DNA of 63,202 nt, counting the filler, from Folioceros fuciformis (lineage: Eukaryota), in assembly GCA_049999805.1 (NCBI GenBank). It is 9 parts of 9 records of this genome, joined end to end, with 100 filler letters (N's around TTAATTAATTAA, not from the genome) between each part and the next. Parts side by side here need not be neighbours in the genome. Positions count along the whole stretch, not along the records: positions 1 to 7,010 come from JBNGIO010005703.1; positions 7,111 to 18,211 come from JBNGIO010005707.1; 7 more parts are not named here. The stretch is one strand, 5' to 3'. The notes under the pieces are model-generated. The model was not told the origin of the DNA, did not search any database, and saw only the letters and a list, made by a program, of their open reading frames with translations. Each line of letters opens with the position of its first letter. Position 1 is the first letter of the stretch. A program made the position numbers and the translations under genes. Positions 1 through 12,350 of the stretch are shown here, piece by piece.

Positions 1-650
1 CTGCATGTTGGGCTTAGACTTGTGAAGGCTCCTCCGGCATTCTCCAACAATCAAAGCTCCAAATACCTTCTCCAACGTTACATTGGCACCAGGTCCAGCG
101 AGTTGAAGAGTAGCATTATGAGAACTGATAAACTGAGAATAAATGTCAAGCAGCGATGCTAAAAAGCTAATAGCAGCTTGAAATTCAGTGAAGGTAGTCC
201 CTGAATATGCAAGGGTCGTACGAGCTGTGCAAAATTTATTGATGTAAGACTCCTCAACAATCTCATTATCCTTCATACGAATATTGAAAAAATCCCCATG
301 CACTATCACAAGGGAAACATAACTCTTATCTCTATAAATGTGTTTAAAGTTGTTCCAAACTGCTGCTGAAGTATCAATGTCCATGGTATGCGGCATCATG
401 TTCCTGTCAAGGGATGCCAAAAGGATTGACCGAGCTCTCCTGTCCTTCCTTTGCCATGCAAGTATATCAACAACATTTGCATTGTTGGGCTGTGCTACTG
501 GTTTTGGTTCTGCCCTGTCCACGATGGACATGAGCTCATGCTTCTCCAAAATCTGGGTCAGCCACATCGCCCAGATGTGGTAATCATTACCATTAAAGCG
601 ATCCTTGTCCTTGAAATCAATCTTCAAGGAACTTGGAGTGATCGCCATAG
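1..650 (-). mobile_element. gag: Ty1/Copia gag N-terminal fragment, running off the window start
   Basis: Manual minus-strand translation (KIDFKDKDRFNGNDYHIWAMW...KDRRARSILLASLDRNMMPH) matches the Copia gag at 5664-6539 (KMDFKDRDCFTGSDYDIWQIR...SDKRARNIIISAIDKNILQH). It is absent from the ORF track. Confidence 0.8.
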
Positions 651-2364
651 CAAGGGTGTTGACAGGAGGCACGGGTTGTTGAGATGTGCTGGTTCATGAA
701 TTTGCAGTTTGTCCAGTAGAATGTCCAACTCCAGGAGCAGGGTAGCCTACCGTGGGTGCTTGCGAAACCAGCAGGGTTGCCTGTTGTAGGAGAAGGAACA
801 CCATATGGGCTTAAATTACTCTCAGTGCCTGGCCTGGGTTGAGGGACGTTGCCCCAAAAAACTTCTCAAAAATTCAAAAGAAGGAGATGCTGCTTGTTGT
901 TCATCGATGCCAGTTGTCGAATCGACAACAGGTGAAGCGGCTTCCTCCTGCAAATCCAACCTGCCAAGGTCCAAATCTTCACTTCATTTGATTCGCCGGA
1001 CCTTAATGAGGGCGAAACTAGCTGCATGTCCAAACTTCAAATGTTAAGGACGGGGTACGCATGAGCATCCCAATGAAAGTAGCTTAGCTAGATGCTTGCG
1101 CTTCTCCTCTTCAAATGGGATAGCCAACAAAAGCAACTGCTGAACTCTTGAAATGAGATCAGACAAAACGTCTTGGAGTCCTTGAATTTGGATAGTGGCT
1201 TCCCTTAAATTATCCTCAATTTTTCATCGTCGCAAGCCACGAAAAATTGAAAAAGGTTGAGGTTGCACAAAGAGCAGGCTCACAGGATGTCGAATAGGGC
1301 TATGTGAAGCAATGCGGCTCAAAATCTCGCACAGGGCTCCGGGATGCAGCACAATGAAAGGATTGTTGGACCGGGCTTCGGGATGCAACGCGGTGCACAT
1401 CATGAAATGAAAAGTTGCTGAAGGATCTATGTGCGCAGGGTTCCTTCAACTTGCAATCTGAGAAACAAAAAACCCTGGTAGATCTACATGACGGGGAGGA
1501 CTCAAAACGAACACTCCTCCGCTGCGCGCGAGAGATCCTGCGTCTCGGCACCCTCACCAGCATCGAGACTGCACATCCGCCACACAAAACCCCATTTCAG
1601 CAATCTCATGTGTGTCCCTTGACGTCAGTGATGGCTCCAAAGGAAAAAAAACGGGTAGGGGCCCGCAGGAACACGCCGAAGCCACGACAACCTNNNNNNN
1701 NNNNNNNNNNNNNNNNNNNNNNNNNNNNNNNNNNNNNNNNNNNNNNNNNNNNNNNNNNNNNNNNNNNNNNNNNNNNNNNNNNNNNNNNNNNNNGATCTGA
1801 TCAGGCACGAGAAATCCAAGTCACTGGGCCGAGAGCGCATCCTGCCCTCGCGTCACACCGGCCTCGAGCCACTTGCATCCATCTCGCCTGTCTGGCTTCA
1901 ATTTAGCTTGTGAAACCCCTTTGGTGGTGCGCCCTGACGGACATCACATGAGCCTGCAGGCGTTTCCGACCGTATGTAGATGCATGCTAATCCCTGTCAT
2001 GGCTGGAATCCTAGCCCTTTCTCATCGCACCATGGCGCGCCGCGCCCTGATTCCCATCAGCCGCACTTGCCCTTGATTTTGGGCCAGATTTGCTCAGCAT
2101 CCTCTTCCACTGGCCGTTGTGGCAGATTCCTAGCAACTGATTGTTGTGGGCAGATGCTGGATCCCCGCCGCGGCTGTGATGCCAACGCCCTGACTCGGAT
2201 CATACTCCACACCCAAGATCACATGGACGGAGGTGCCTCGCTCCATTTTTGCATCCCTCATGCTGCCGCCAGATTCTGCCTTAGCGGCCTAAGCCAATCG
2301 AAATCGCCTGGAGGCTTCCATCCAAAATACCGGACCGTGCTAGACGGGGAGATCAATTTTCATA

Positions 2365-2376
2365 GCTCTGATACCA
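2365..2376 (-). promoter_or_regulatory. Primer-binding site complementary to initiator tRNA-Met
   Basis: GCTCTGATACCA on plus = TGGTATCAGAGC on minus, the canonical iMet PBS. It may belong to the Copia gag at 1-650, but an N gap lies between them. Confidence 0.75.
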
Positions 2377-2392
2377 ATTCGAGTTATGGATT

Positions 2393-2497
2393 GAGTGAGT
2401 ATGGCAGTGCATGGGCACGAGAGCATGAGGGAGTATGGCAGTGCATGGGCACGAGAGCATGAGTGAGTATGGCAGTGCATGGGCACGAGAGCATGAG
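2393..2497. repeat. 34-bp tandem repeat x3 inside a probable LTR remnant
   Basis: GAGTATGGCAGTGCATGGGCACGAGAGCATGAG(T/G); the ATGGCAG core recurs at 2401, 2435 and 2469. Confidence 0.9.
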
Positions 2498-2571
2498 AGC
2501 ACAAGAGCACAATCGGTGCACAAAGAAAAACAGTTATCGTTATGTTCAAAAGAAAGAAAAAGTGTATATAA

Positions 2572-4940
2572 GTAACACCCCTTCAACGGGGTGGGGCAGA
2601 ACCACGCAGTTAGAATCCAAAGCAAGGGTCAGTTTACAAGTAACACCAGACACAACATTAGGCCTCCAAGTAGCCCGCCCTTCTCTTCTAGGAGGACTCG
2701 TAGCCAGCACCCTTGCTGCTGCTCTTTATTCAAATCACGAGTCAACAAGAACATACAGAGCTGGAGGGCTAGAGAGAACTCCTCATCTTTGCCTAAGCTA
2801 GGAGTTTAGCTCTCCCTTCTCTTGACCTCCTCCCACAGCTCCTTCACAACACCTTTCATGTGCTCTCACAGCCCAAGCAACACATGCTCTCAAGGCATAG
2901 CCCAAGCACCCAGTGCTCTCAAGGCTTTGAAGAGATACTGATCTCAACTCCACTGTACTGAACTTGCCTTAGCCCTTGGCTAGGTCCCCTTTTATACACA
3001 AGCTCTAGTCACTAACTTAGCAACTACTTACTTAAGCACTTACTTAAGCCTTAAGTTATTATTCACTACCACACACTTTTCCTAGGGCTGCATGCTTCTC
3101 ATGCTTTTAGTAACCTGCTCTGCTAAACATGCCTCTGCATGGAGCTTACTTGCTTGGCACTCAAACCAGCATTATTACTTCTTCCCCCACTAGGAAAGAA
3201 TCAGTGCCCTCAGTGATAACCAGTGTAACGAGCAATCATCCAGGAACCTCTCTGGATATCCTCTAATGTTACCCAAACTGGTATTGAGATCCCACGTAAC
3301 TTTACCATATACTGTGGTAGAGTTCCACGTCTCGTAGCCATGCTACCCTCTGCAAGGAATTCCTCAATCTCCTGCAGTCCTTGGTCATGCTACACTAGGA
3401 TACTATACTTCTTCCTGTCCATATCCTCTTTCTCTTTGCCTAGCACAAATGGTTTCAACATAGATACATGAAACACATTGTGTGCAAAAATCCAGCCAGG
3501 CAAGTCCAATTGTAAGCCACTTCTCCAATGCGCTTCAAGACAACATATGGACCTCCATACTTTGGTCTCAACTTTAAAGACAATCCTTGGGGTAGTGTCA
3601 AAAACTTCAGCATTTAGCATGGATACCACATCCAAAGCTAAATTTCCACTCATCTCAAAGGGACTACATCCCACGGAGCTATGTATTGTGTTATTGTAAC
3701 AAAACTCCGCGTCATCAAGATGATCAGCCCAATCTCTCTGATCAATCTGCACATAGTGTCTCAAATATTCTTCTTGGATTCGCTTGACTCGCTCAGTTAG
3801 TTCATCAGTATCTGGATGGTATGCAGTACTCATGCATAACTGCATATTCAAACTCTTCATCAAGTGCTCCCAGAACTCTCCTGTGAATCTTGGATCTTTA
3901 TCGCTCACAATCTGCACGGGCAAACCATGATACTTGTACACATACTTTTTGAACAAGTTTGCTGCCTCAGAAGCGGTCACTCGCTTCTTGGTGGGGATGA
4001 AGTGTGCTTGTCTGGTGAATCTATCCACCACTGTCATGATAGCTGTAAATCCATTACTGGGAGACAAGGGCATGATGAAGTCCATAGAAATACTTTTCCA
4101 TGGGCCTCTTGGGATAGGTAGGGGCTATAATAAACCTCTCGGCTTAGCCTGCTCAACCTTGTCCTGCTAACAAACAGCACATGCTTTGACATAGTCCAAT
4201 GTATCTTGATACATTCCTTGCCAGTAGAACAATTTCCTCAACTTCTCATAAGTTGAATCACCTCCACGGTGACCAGCACTTGGCACATCATGACACTCAG
4301 CAAGCAATTTCCTCTTCAAGCCTACAGAGTTAGGGATCACAACTCTCTTCTGTTTGTATATCAACAAACCATCTCTGAGTTTGAACTTGCTTCCTTTCTC
4401 TGCCACCCCATTCATCCAATCCTGCACTTCAGGATCTTGCAGATAAGCTTCTTTTATCTCTTTGTGAGCATCCAAAGGTTCAATCACAGTTGCCATTGCT
4501 TTCACGTCTTGACTCTGCTTACGACTCAGCGCATCTGCAACCTTATTCTCTTTTCCAGGTTTATATCTTAGAGTCACGTCATACATAGCTAGGAAATCTT
4601 GCCATCTAGCTTGCCTCGCATTCAACTTCAACTAGTTTGAGAAGTACGTTGTGCTGATATTATTAGTATACAACACAAAAGACCTGCCCAAGAGATAGTG
4701 TCTCCAAGCCTTCAGACAGTGGATGACAACAGTCATTTCCTTCTCATAGGTGGGATACTTCCTCTCATAAGGATGCAACTTCCTTCACTCAAAAGCTAAC
4801 AGCTTTTGGTTCTGCATCAAAACTCCACCTATAGCCACATCTGAGGCATCACAAAACACTTCCACATCTTTCCTGGGGTCATACATTCCCAACACCGGAG
4901 TCGTGCTCAACTTCTTCTTCAAGCATTCAAAGGCTGCTTG
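2572..4940 (-). mobile_element. Ty3/Gypsy (chromovirus-like) 3' half: RNase H, integrase, degenerate chromodomain, PPT, 3' LTR
   Basis: ORFs 4167-4631 (LNARQARW...KPGKENKVADALSR, integrase HHCC) and 3390-4085 (MDFI...VVDRF...IVSDKDPRF...HNVFHVSMLKPF). Chromodomain-like tail EIEEFL...QYMVKLRG...WVT at ~3220-3375. PPT GTGGGGGAAG at 3181-3190. LTR ~2572-3175. Confidence 0.85.
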
Positions 4941-7010
4941 TGTTGGTACATAAACGTGTTCTCACATACACCAGTGGACTTAAGTTCTAGGGCACGTTTC
5001 ATTAGGGTTATAATACATAAACAGTTTAATCAGTTTTAGTAGTTTTATAAAACAGTTAAAATCAAGCAGCAATTACGAACCGTTTTATGTAAGCCTATTT
5101 AACGGCAGATTGTATCTTAAAATAACAGCTTCTTCTTTATCATCTCCATCTCTAAATGGTATCACAGCTTGGTTGGCTTGCCGCCACTCGACTTCGCCTC
5201 CGCGCCGTGTTCTTCCCCTCAATCCCACAGCATGAAGCTCCGCGCATCGGCTAACATTTTAATTTAAAATTCTGGCTTCAACATGCCTCGGCGCCACCAT
5301 CCAGAGAGTTTTGCGCCACAAGGCAGAACCATACCACAAGCAACTAGACCCTGCAAAATTATTCGAGTCGCATCACCGCGCTCAGGAGGCCGCTCCATCA
5401 CTTACAGCAGCAACCTGCTTCATCACCACCACGCGCACCTGAAACAAGCCGCTCTTCAACATAGTTCTCAAAACATCCTAACATCACCATGGTTGTGCCT
5501 ACACTTCATCTTTTCCTGCAGCAGTCATTGCAAGTCTAGAGTATTTAAAGATTTAACCAAATTGCATAGAGTCGCAATTAGAAGCACTGCATCTAGAATT
5601 GCACAATCTCAGTAATTGTAGGTAGATTACCTAGATCGCTAAAATTGTCGATCTCTGCAGTACATGTTTGCATTTGATCCATTAGCAACAGCAACAACTA
5701 GCACTAGGCGTCACAGCCACGTAATGGCGTCGCATCAACAACCTACCAATACAACATTAACTTACAACACCACGAAAATGGATTTCAAAGACCGCGATTG
5801 CTTCACGGGAAGCGACTACGACATATGGCAAATCAGGATCCAAGCCCTGCTCGATGAGCACGATCTTCTGGGCATCGTCGACGGCACACACCCCAAGCCA
5901 TCCACAACATCAAACCCATCAGCAACTCCAGATCAAATTGCAGCATGGGAGACGAGCGACAAACGAGCTCGCAATATTATCATTTCAGCAATTGATAAGA
6001 ACATACTGCAACACACACATGGCTAGGCAACTTCTAACAGCATCTGGAACACCTTCAACGAGATGTTCCAGGCCCAAAGTTCAATGTCGCTTGTAAATGC
6101 AACACTTCAATTCTTTTCATTGAGAATGAAAGAATCTGATAGTGTTGAGCAACATATACATAAATTCATATCTGTAAGGGCTAAGTTAGCCGCAAGTGGC
6201 ATTGCCCTTACAGAACTGCAAGCAGCAGTTGCCCTTCTAACCTCATTGCCTGGCTCATACAGAACGTTCGTCAGCTCACAGAACACATCGCTTAGACAAG
6301 CAGCACAAGCAGGAGCTTCCGCACCTTATACACTCTTAGAAGTTGTTGCAGCCCTTCTCGAAGAAGAATCTAGCCGTATAAGCACTTCACGCTCCAACAC
6401 TGGAGCCAATCATGTGCTCTTTGCATCACGAGGCCGTGGTGCAAGGCGGGTGGTTTCAGATCAGGCAGCTTTTCTTCACGGAAGCCTGTCGGTCAATCTC
6501 AAAGACCTTCTCTCACTACAAGTCCCAGACAACCACTAAGCAAAATTCAAAAGGGAGCATGCAACTGGTGTAAGATCATCGGACACTACGAACATGAGTG
6601 CCAAAAAAAGATGGCGGGTGAACCTCATCGAGACAATCCCAGAAACGAATCACATTTCACTACAATCAACAAGCAGCCCACAGCAAGTTTGATATTGGCA
6701 GTATGCCTTACACTCACTAGGATAGACCCTCACCGATGGTTTCTCGATTCAGGGGCCACTACACACATTTGTAGCAGCATCGACATGTTTGACTCATATC
6801 ATCAAGTGCTATCTGACCAACATGTCTTACTTGGAGATGACAGTGCATTACCCATCAGTGGGTCAGGAGACATCAAGCTACGGCTTGCAAATGGAGAAAC
6901 ACTTCTCATCAATGGAGTTCTGCATGTCCCAACAATGACAAAGAATTTGTTATCAGTCCGCAAGTTAGCAACTGAGCATGACCTGGTAATCACATTTGTC
7001 GGTAACCACT
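4941..7010 (+). mobile_element. Ty1/Copia 5' part (LTR, PBS, gag, zinc knuckle, protease) nested in the Gypsy pol
   Basis: TGTTGG start at 4941 interrupts the Gypsy pol. PBS TGGTATCACAGC at 5157. gag ORFs 5664-6026 and 6063-6539 are separated by an in-frame TAG. CNWCKIIGHYEHEC knuckle at ~6560-6600. Protease motif WFLDSGATTH in 6611-7010. Confidence 0.9.
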
Positions 7011-7110
7011 NNNNNNNNNNNNNNNNNNNNNNNNNNNNNNNNNNNNNNNNNNNNTTAATTAATTAANNNNNNNNNNNNNNNNNNNNNNNNNNNNNNNNNN
7101 NNNNNNNNNN
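7011..7110. other. Artificial contig spacer, 44N-TTAATTAATTAA-44N (also at ~18212, 26236, 28365, 37421, 42619, 50931, 52125)
   Basis: The same six-frame-stop 12-mer, centred in an N run, occurs 8 times. Confidence 0.98.
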
Positions 7111-7273
7111 ATATTTAGGGAGGTCACATATTTAGGGAGGTCACATATTTAGGGAGGTCACATATTTAGGGAGGTCACATATTTAGGGAGGTCACATNNN
7201 NNNNNNNAGGGAGGTCACATATTTAGGGAGGTCACATATTTAGGGAGGTCACATTTACTGAGGGTGGACTGTA
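7111..7273 (-). mobile_element. End of a pogo-like Tc1/mariner element or MITE with a 17-bp subterminal tandem array
   Basis: Minus strand reads TA|CAGTCCACCCTCAGTAAATGTGACC, followed by (GTGACCTCCCTAAATAT)n. TA TSD plus CAGT..CCTC..TAAAT resembles pogo/Emigrant TIRs. The other end is not present. Confidence 0.6.
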
Positions 7274-8223
7274 GTTCCGTAGTTCCGGGTTCCAAACGTA
7301 CGGCAGGGGCGGCGTTTCCTTACGCCAAATTATCACTACATTTTCCATCATGCTTCCCCGAGGACTCCAACTCTTACCTTACTAACACCCGCAGGTTTCG
7401 AACTCGAGAACTTTCGAGTCTCCAGTCCCAGTCCGACGCTCAAACCACCTGATGAAGAACAGCATCCCTCCGTAAACAATCCAGGCAAAATCGCTACAAA
7501 TCCGATCTTCTCTACACACCAATCCAAACTCGCATTTGCCGGTTGGGTATTATCCAGGTCGCGGATGCGTGCCAGTGGGACGCGAGGACTTGCGGAGATG
7601 GAAGGCCACGCAGGTGGGCATACGCACACAGAGGCGCAAACGCGGGCCAATCGAAGAATCCAGCTGCTCGATTTCCATAGCTACAGCATCTCGGTTCATT
7701 CGCTGCGCAAATCCAAGGCTTGACAAGCATGCAGTCCCGACGATGTGCCTGCTAACCGAAAACTTTCAAAGCGAGTGGAGGCGCACAAACTCGCCCAAAG
7801 TGAGCTAGCGCTGCCCAGAGGAAGCAGCTTCAAAAGTCGAATCGCGCCAGTCCTTTGTGAAAAGCAATGTACGCCTAGCTATGCCTTTGGAGAGGACCAA
7901 GGACCTTCAAGGGCGGGGGAGGGAGCGAGTCAAAAGTAGCCATAGGAAACACTATCATCATCATTCTAAACATATTTATGACATCGTGAGTCTTTTTAAA
8001 ATATTATTCACAATATACAATATGGATTTGACATTAGTATATGCACTATCTTTTGCTCACGGAATTTTTGGTTTTATATATTCTAATTCTTTTCGTATGC
8101 TCATTAAATAATAATTTTCTGAGTAAAAACTACTCCCAATGCAATTCTTTTGTATGCCATCTAAGGACTTTGTAACCATTCATATGATCAAAACGCAATC
8201 TTTTCCTAAACTTTCATTCAAAC

Positions 8224-8623
8224 ATGGCTTTACTTGATTTCTTCTTCATTTACATTTTGATATTTGATGTCAAGCCTTTTGTGCAAGCGAGTCTTGATTC
8301 TGTAAAATATGAGTGCAATCATACTCCTTATGGTGATGCATCATCGTTTCGCAAGCGCTGTGGAAAACATTTTGCAAGATCTAACCAACAATGCGTATGA
8401 GCCTGCTTCAAATTTGCCTAGTTATAAAAACTATCAGCTTATCGAAAGCAATTCATGTGTTTATGAGAACGCTTATTGTGAAGATATAGTTTACCATGCT
8501 TGTAAACAATGTGTGATGGATGCAATCCAAGTTTTGAGGGCTATGTGTGGGAATGTGGCGGGAGCTAAAATTCAGACAAGTGGTCTCTCATGTTTTGTAA
8601 GATATGAGGAATACATTTTTTAG
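8224..8623 (+). pseudogene. Secreted Gnk2/DUF26 (stress-antifungal) single-domain protein with a +1 frameshift at 8347-8349 (pseudogene or sequencing error)
   Basis: ATG 8224 gives signal-peptide-like MALLDFFFIYILIFDVKPFVQA-SLDSVKYECNHTPYGDASSF. Removing one T joins it to ASAVENILQDL...AYCEDIVYHACKQC...MCGNVAGAKIQ...CFVRYEEYIF*, a ginkbilobin-2-like cysteine pattern. Confidence 0.85.
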
Positions 8624-8811
8624 TTAGTCATTATATTATTATATGAGTTTCGAGGAAAAATATACATAGATGACCAAGAAATAAGAAATTCTTTCGGTAC
8701 TACATTCTTTGAGTCTCATCAACTCTTTTGTTGAGGTTAAGTCATGTTTGTAGCACTATTTGTGTTTGTGTTTGTGTTTGTCTTTGTGTCTCAAGAATAA
8801 AGATAGATAGA

Positions 8812-8998
8812 GAGTACAAGGGAATTTGAGAGCTTGCCCAACTTGCTCTATTCTATGTCAGCAAACTTAAAGGCAGTACAAAGAAATTTGAGAGCTTGCC
8901 CAACTTGCTCTATTCTATGTCAGCAAATTTGAAGACAGTGCAGAGGAATTTGAGAGCTTGCCCAACTTGCTCTATTTTATGTCAGCAAATTTGAAGAC
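8812..8998. repeat. 62-bp tandem repeat x3
   Basis: AATTTGAGAGCTTGCCCAACTTGCTCTATT at 8823, 8885 and 8947. Confidence 0.92.
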
Positions 8999-9031
8999 TT
9001 TTGGTAGATGTGAAGTTGCCATTTTTCGCCT

Positions 9032-9156
9032 CTAGGATTTTGAGATGGAGTTGACCCCATATCGATGACATTTCTGTTAGCCATATGGATTATTAGGATT
9101 TTGAGATGGAATGACCCATATCGATCACAATTGTGTTATCCATATGGATTATCAGA
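9032..9156. repeat. ~60-bp degenerate direct repeat x2
   Basis: TAGGATTTTGAGATGGA..TGACCC(C)ATATCGAT..CCATATGGATTAT occurs twice. Confidence 0.75.
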
Positions 9157-10363
9157 ATCTGTGCTATATGTACAAGGGGTGTAATAAAGGGCAAGCCCCT
9201 TCTGTGTCCTCGATTCGAAGGAATCTTCCTCGAATCTTACGTTGCATGCCAAAATTGGATATAGAGCTTTACAGTACACATGTATTTGATTTGTTGCCTT
9301 TTAAAAGTCCTTCATGGTCATGCCTTCCTCAGGAGAAACCTGACGCCGTGGTCGAGCAGGACAGAAGGAAGCTTAGTAAGCGACAAGAATATGGGCCACG
9401 CCATGTTCAGATGCTAGAAGGGGATGAGTGTTGGGGGGTGGGGCCGGCATGCTTCCAGCGTAGAGTTCGATGTATGTGGATTGCTTGTGTGGCTAGCCAA
9501 TGGCATGCGGTCGGAAAGGATGTATGGAAAAGCCCGTCTTGGAGGGCTTTTGCCTCCGTTGACTGGTAGCACGTGGTTTCAGTCAATGAGCCCTCCAGAG
9601 GTTTCAAGCGTGAAGGCCGTTGCTGGCTCCTCCAGTTGTGAAGAACAGGAACATTGGTTGCTGACTCCTCCAGTTGTGAAGAACATTGGTGATCGGCCTC
9701 CACGGAGAGCGGCCGATGTGCTTACCCTGCTTTGAATCCGATCCTTGGACGACGACGTGGAGTCGAGCCAGTGCAGTAAAGATGCAAGCCTAGCCTGTAA
9801 TCATAACGAGATGTTGTCGTAGAAATGACAGAACGTCATTCATCTGATGGCTTCTTTCATGACGCGACGAGACGAGGTGCTGATGCGTGGACAACATTCA
9901 TGATCACGCTCACAGATCTACCCACTTCTTAAAAATGCAGCATTCCGTGGCGTGCACACGGAGCACTGGCTCCTTCAGAATTCTCAAAATCGAATGGATT
10001 GGGCCCAGATATGTGCGTAATCTGCTCTGCGTTGTTAGTGATAGGAATCGGAGTGAGGCCGGGACATCGGAGTGAATCCCACCCCACAATTGGACGGGAT
10101 TTCGGACTTGCAGGGACTGCGTGCCAGGAAACTGCACGCTTTGCTGCGGTAGCTCATAATCAGCGAGGACATTTATTTCTCTGGAGCGCAATCTGTGCGC
10201 GTGCTTTGTACTTCGGACAGTGACTGTCCGTTTGTAACATGGCAAGACTACTACATATTGGCTTGCATCGCACACAACACAAGCCTACGATTGGCGTGCA
10301 TCGCACACAACACCACACAACACCACATCACACCACGCAGGACGCAAAGAAGGGATGTAACAC

Positions 10364-11182
10364 TCAGAAGAATGTACTGAAGGACCACGAGTAGACGAAA
10401 TTGTTTTCCGTGGCGAACCCAGTGGCAGAGGTAAATCCCACATACGAGCTCGGGTTGACGATGCTTGCCAAATCGAAAGACTTGTAGGAGATGAGACGCG
10501 TTGCTTGAGATTTCTTGGCGGGCGCCTTAGCCGCAGACACAGTCAAGACGTGCTTCTTGGCGTTGTAATCCACCCACACGGTCACCTTCTGCGGATCGTC
10601 ACTCTCGACGACGAGACTGTCGCCGGTGGCCGTGGCAACGGACACGATGCTGTTGACATCCAAGCCGAAGTGGGGAACTGAGGGGTCGTCGAAATCCGTG
10701 TTCTGGAAGGTGTCGATCTCCACCGCAACCGTCTTGATAGCGGGGTCCCCGTTGGAGTAAACGTTGGGGTCGAAGATCCCCAAGTACTCCCCTAGATCGG
10801 ACACGGCGGCAGCGGGCGTGGGCTTGATCACAAACGCCAGCCCGTCGCCGATCGTATTTCCATTGTCCGGGGTGATGGCGAACGTGAAGCTGGTGCTGAA
10901 GGAGGCGGCCTTCTTGGTGTGGGGGTCGACGAAGGAGACGGGCTTGGTTCGGAACACACCTCCCGCGCTGTTCTGGCTGGGGGTCGGGCCCAACAGCGTC
11001 ACGTAGGAGCCGTTGCCCGCGAAGGCCGCACTCGCGCTCAGTGTGATGCCCGACTTGGCGTTCCACTTGGTGACCCTGAATTTCACAGTTGGAGGCCCAG
11101 AGTTCAGAGCCTCACTGGACACGACGCAAAGGAGCAGAGCCACAAGCACACACTGGACCGAGGAGGCCAAGGAGGAAGCCAT
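10364..11182 (-). CDS. Secreted legume-type (L-type) lectin, intronless, no kinase domain
   Basis: ATG 11182 starts MASSLASSVQCVLVALLLCVVSS (signal peptide). Motifs ASFSTSFTFAI, GDGLAF, GEYLG, VAVEIDTFQN..DDP..PHFGLDVNS, VWVDY, YVGFTSATG and VYSWSF are present. Frame is open and GC3-rich. Confidence 0.95.
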   Translation of the reverse strand: MASSLASSVQCVLVALLLCVVSSEALNSGPPTVKFRVTKWNAKSGITLSASAAFAGNGSYVTLLGPTPSQNSAGGVFRTKPVSFVDPHTKKAASFSTSFTFAITPDNGNTIGDGLAFVIKPTPAAAVSDLGEYLGIFDPNVYSNGDPAIKTVAVEIDTFQNTDFDDPSVPHFGLDVNSIVSVATATGDSLVVESDDPQKVTVWVDYNAKKHVLTVSAAKAPAKKSQATRLISYKSFDLASIVNPSSYVGFTSATGFATENNFVYSWSFSTFF

Positions 11183-12127
11183 CACGTCTGCTCTAAACGT
11201 TGGTGCTGCTGGGCTCTGGGCACCGGTGTGGCTCCTGCATTCCATGCCCCGTCCCTAAATATGCACCAGGGAAAGCTGATGGTCTGGGCATGCACGGCGG
11301 AACTGGCGCTACCGGGTCAACTTCGTCAATGGCAAGTATTTTACACCCAGCTGGTGTGCAGCCTTATACTATTGTATCGTTCTCCACGGTTCCAGACTTC
11401 CGCCCATAAGAAGAACACTGCATCAGGTACGGCCTGGCGCTCTCTTCATGCGGCGCCGAACATGGCAACCTTACGCTTCCGGTCCCCAGGTCATGTCTGA
11501 ACGCACCGTAGCGGCCCAAGAGATCGAGACACGCAAGGAACCTGGTTGCTAAGGGACAACGAGGAGGGTTACACAGCATTCACGTGGGGGCGGGATATCC
11601 TGAAGCACGCATCAGATAGCATAAGGCACCAGGCCGGGCGGTCTTGCTTCATGTCAAGACCAGGGTCAGGAGCTCCATCAAGGCATGGCACCTTTTGGCC
11701 ACCGTCATCCAGCTGTGCAGGAAATCTGCAACTTGTTCTAGGGAAAGCTTGACTTGACCACGGACTACGGCGACAACCCTCCAGTTGTCCAGCCACTGCG
11801 TTGCTGGATCACTCCCGGAATGCCCCTGCTCCAACTTTGAATCCGACTCAGCGTGTTCCAAGTTCTGGCCAATAAGAAGCAGCATCTTCTACACTGCAAA
11901 ACGCGACAAGTCCATGATTGTGTAAGTCTGCTGGGATTGGAGACGTGGGTCAATGTAACTTAGCCATGTCCAGATCACTCTCCGTGTGGACAAGACACTC
12001 CACTACATACATACCAGGGCAGCTGGCAACAAGATCTACGTCACCTTTCTCTCCTGTTAGAAAACTGATGTACGTTCGACCTTGGAATATACATACCTTC
12101 GAAAACTGATACACCTTCGACCAGCGA

Positions 12128-12350
12128 TATACATTCTCTCGTCTACCAAGGCCAAGAGTCTAAATAAATAAAAGGTCCAGGAGTGTAAATAAAATACAAG
12201 AAATACATTCTCTCGTCTACCAAGACCAAGAGTCTAAATAAATAACAAGTCCAGGAGTGCAAATAAAATACAAGAAATACATTCTCTCGTCTACCAAGGC
12301 CAAGAGTCTAAATAAATAAAAAGTCCACGAGTGCAAATAAAATACAAGAA
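12128..12350. repeat. 74-bp tandem repeat x3
   Basis: ACATTCTCTCGTCTACCAAG at 12131, 12205 and 12279. Confidence 0.93.

Noticed and set aside
7055-7066. Repeated TTAATTAATTAA palindrome as a biological motif
   Set aside because: It is always centred in 44N+44N, so it is an artificial six-frame-stop contig linker. ORFs ending in 'LIN' are artifacts.
9111-10275. Cluster of 60-150 aa ORFs between the Gnk2 and lectin genes
   Set aside because: No recognisable domain, codon pattern or splice structure.
10599-11500. Overlapping ORFs on the lectin gene
   Set aside because: These are shadow frames of a GC3-rich CDS. The upstream ATG at 11245 is also disfavoured because the signal peptide begins at 11182.
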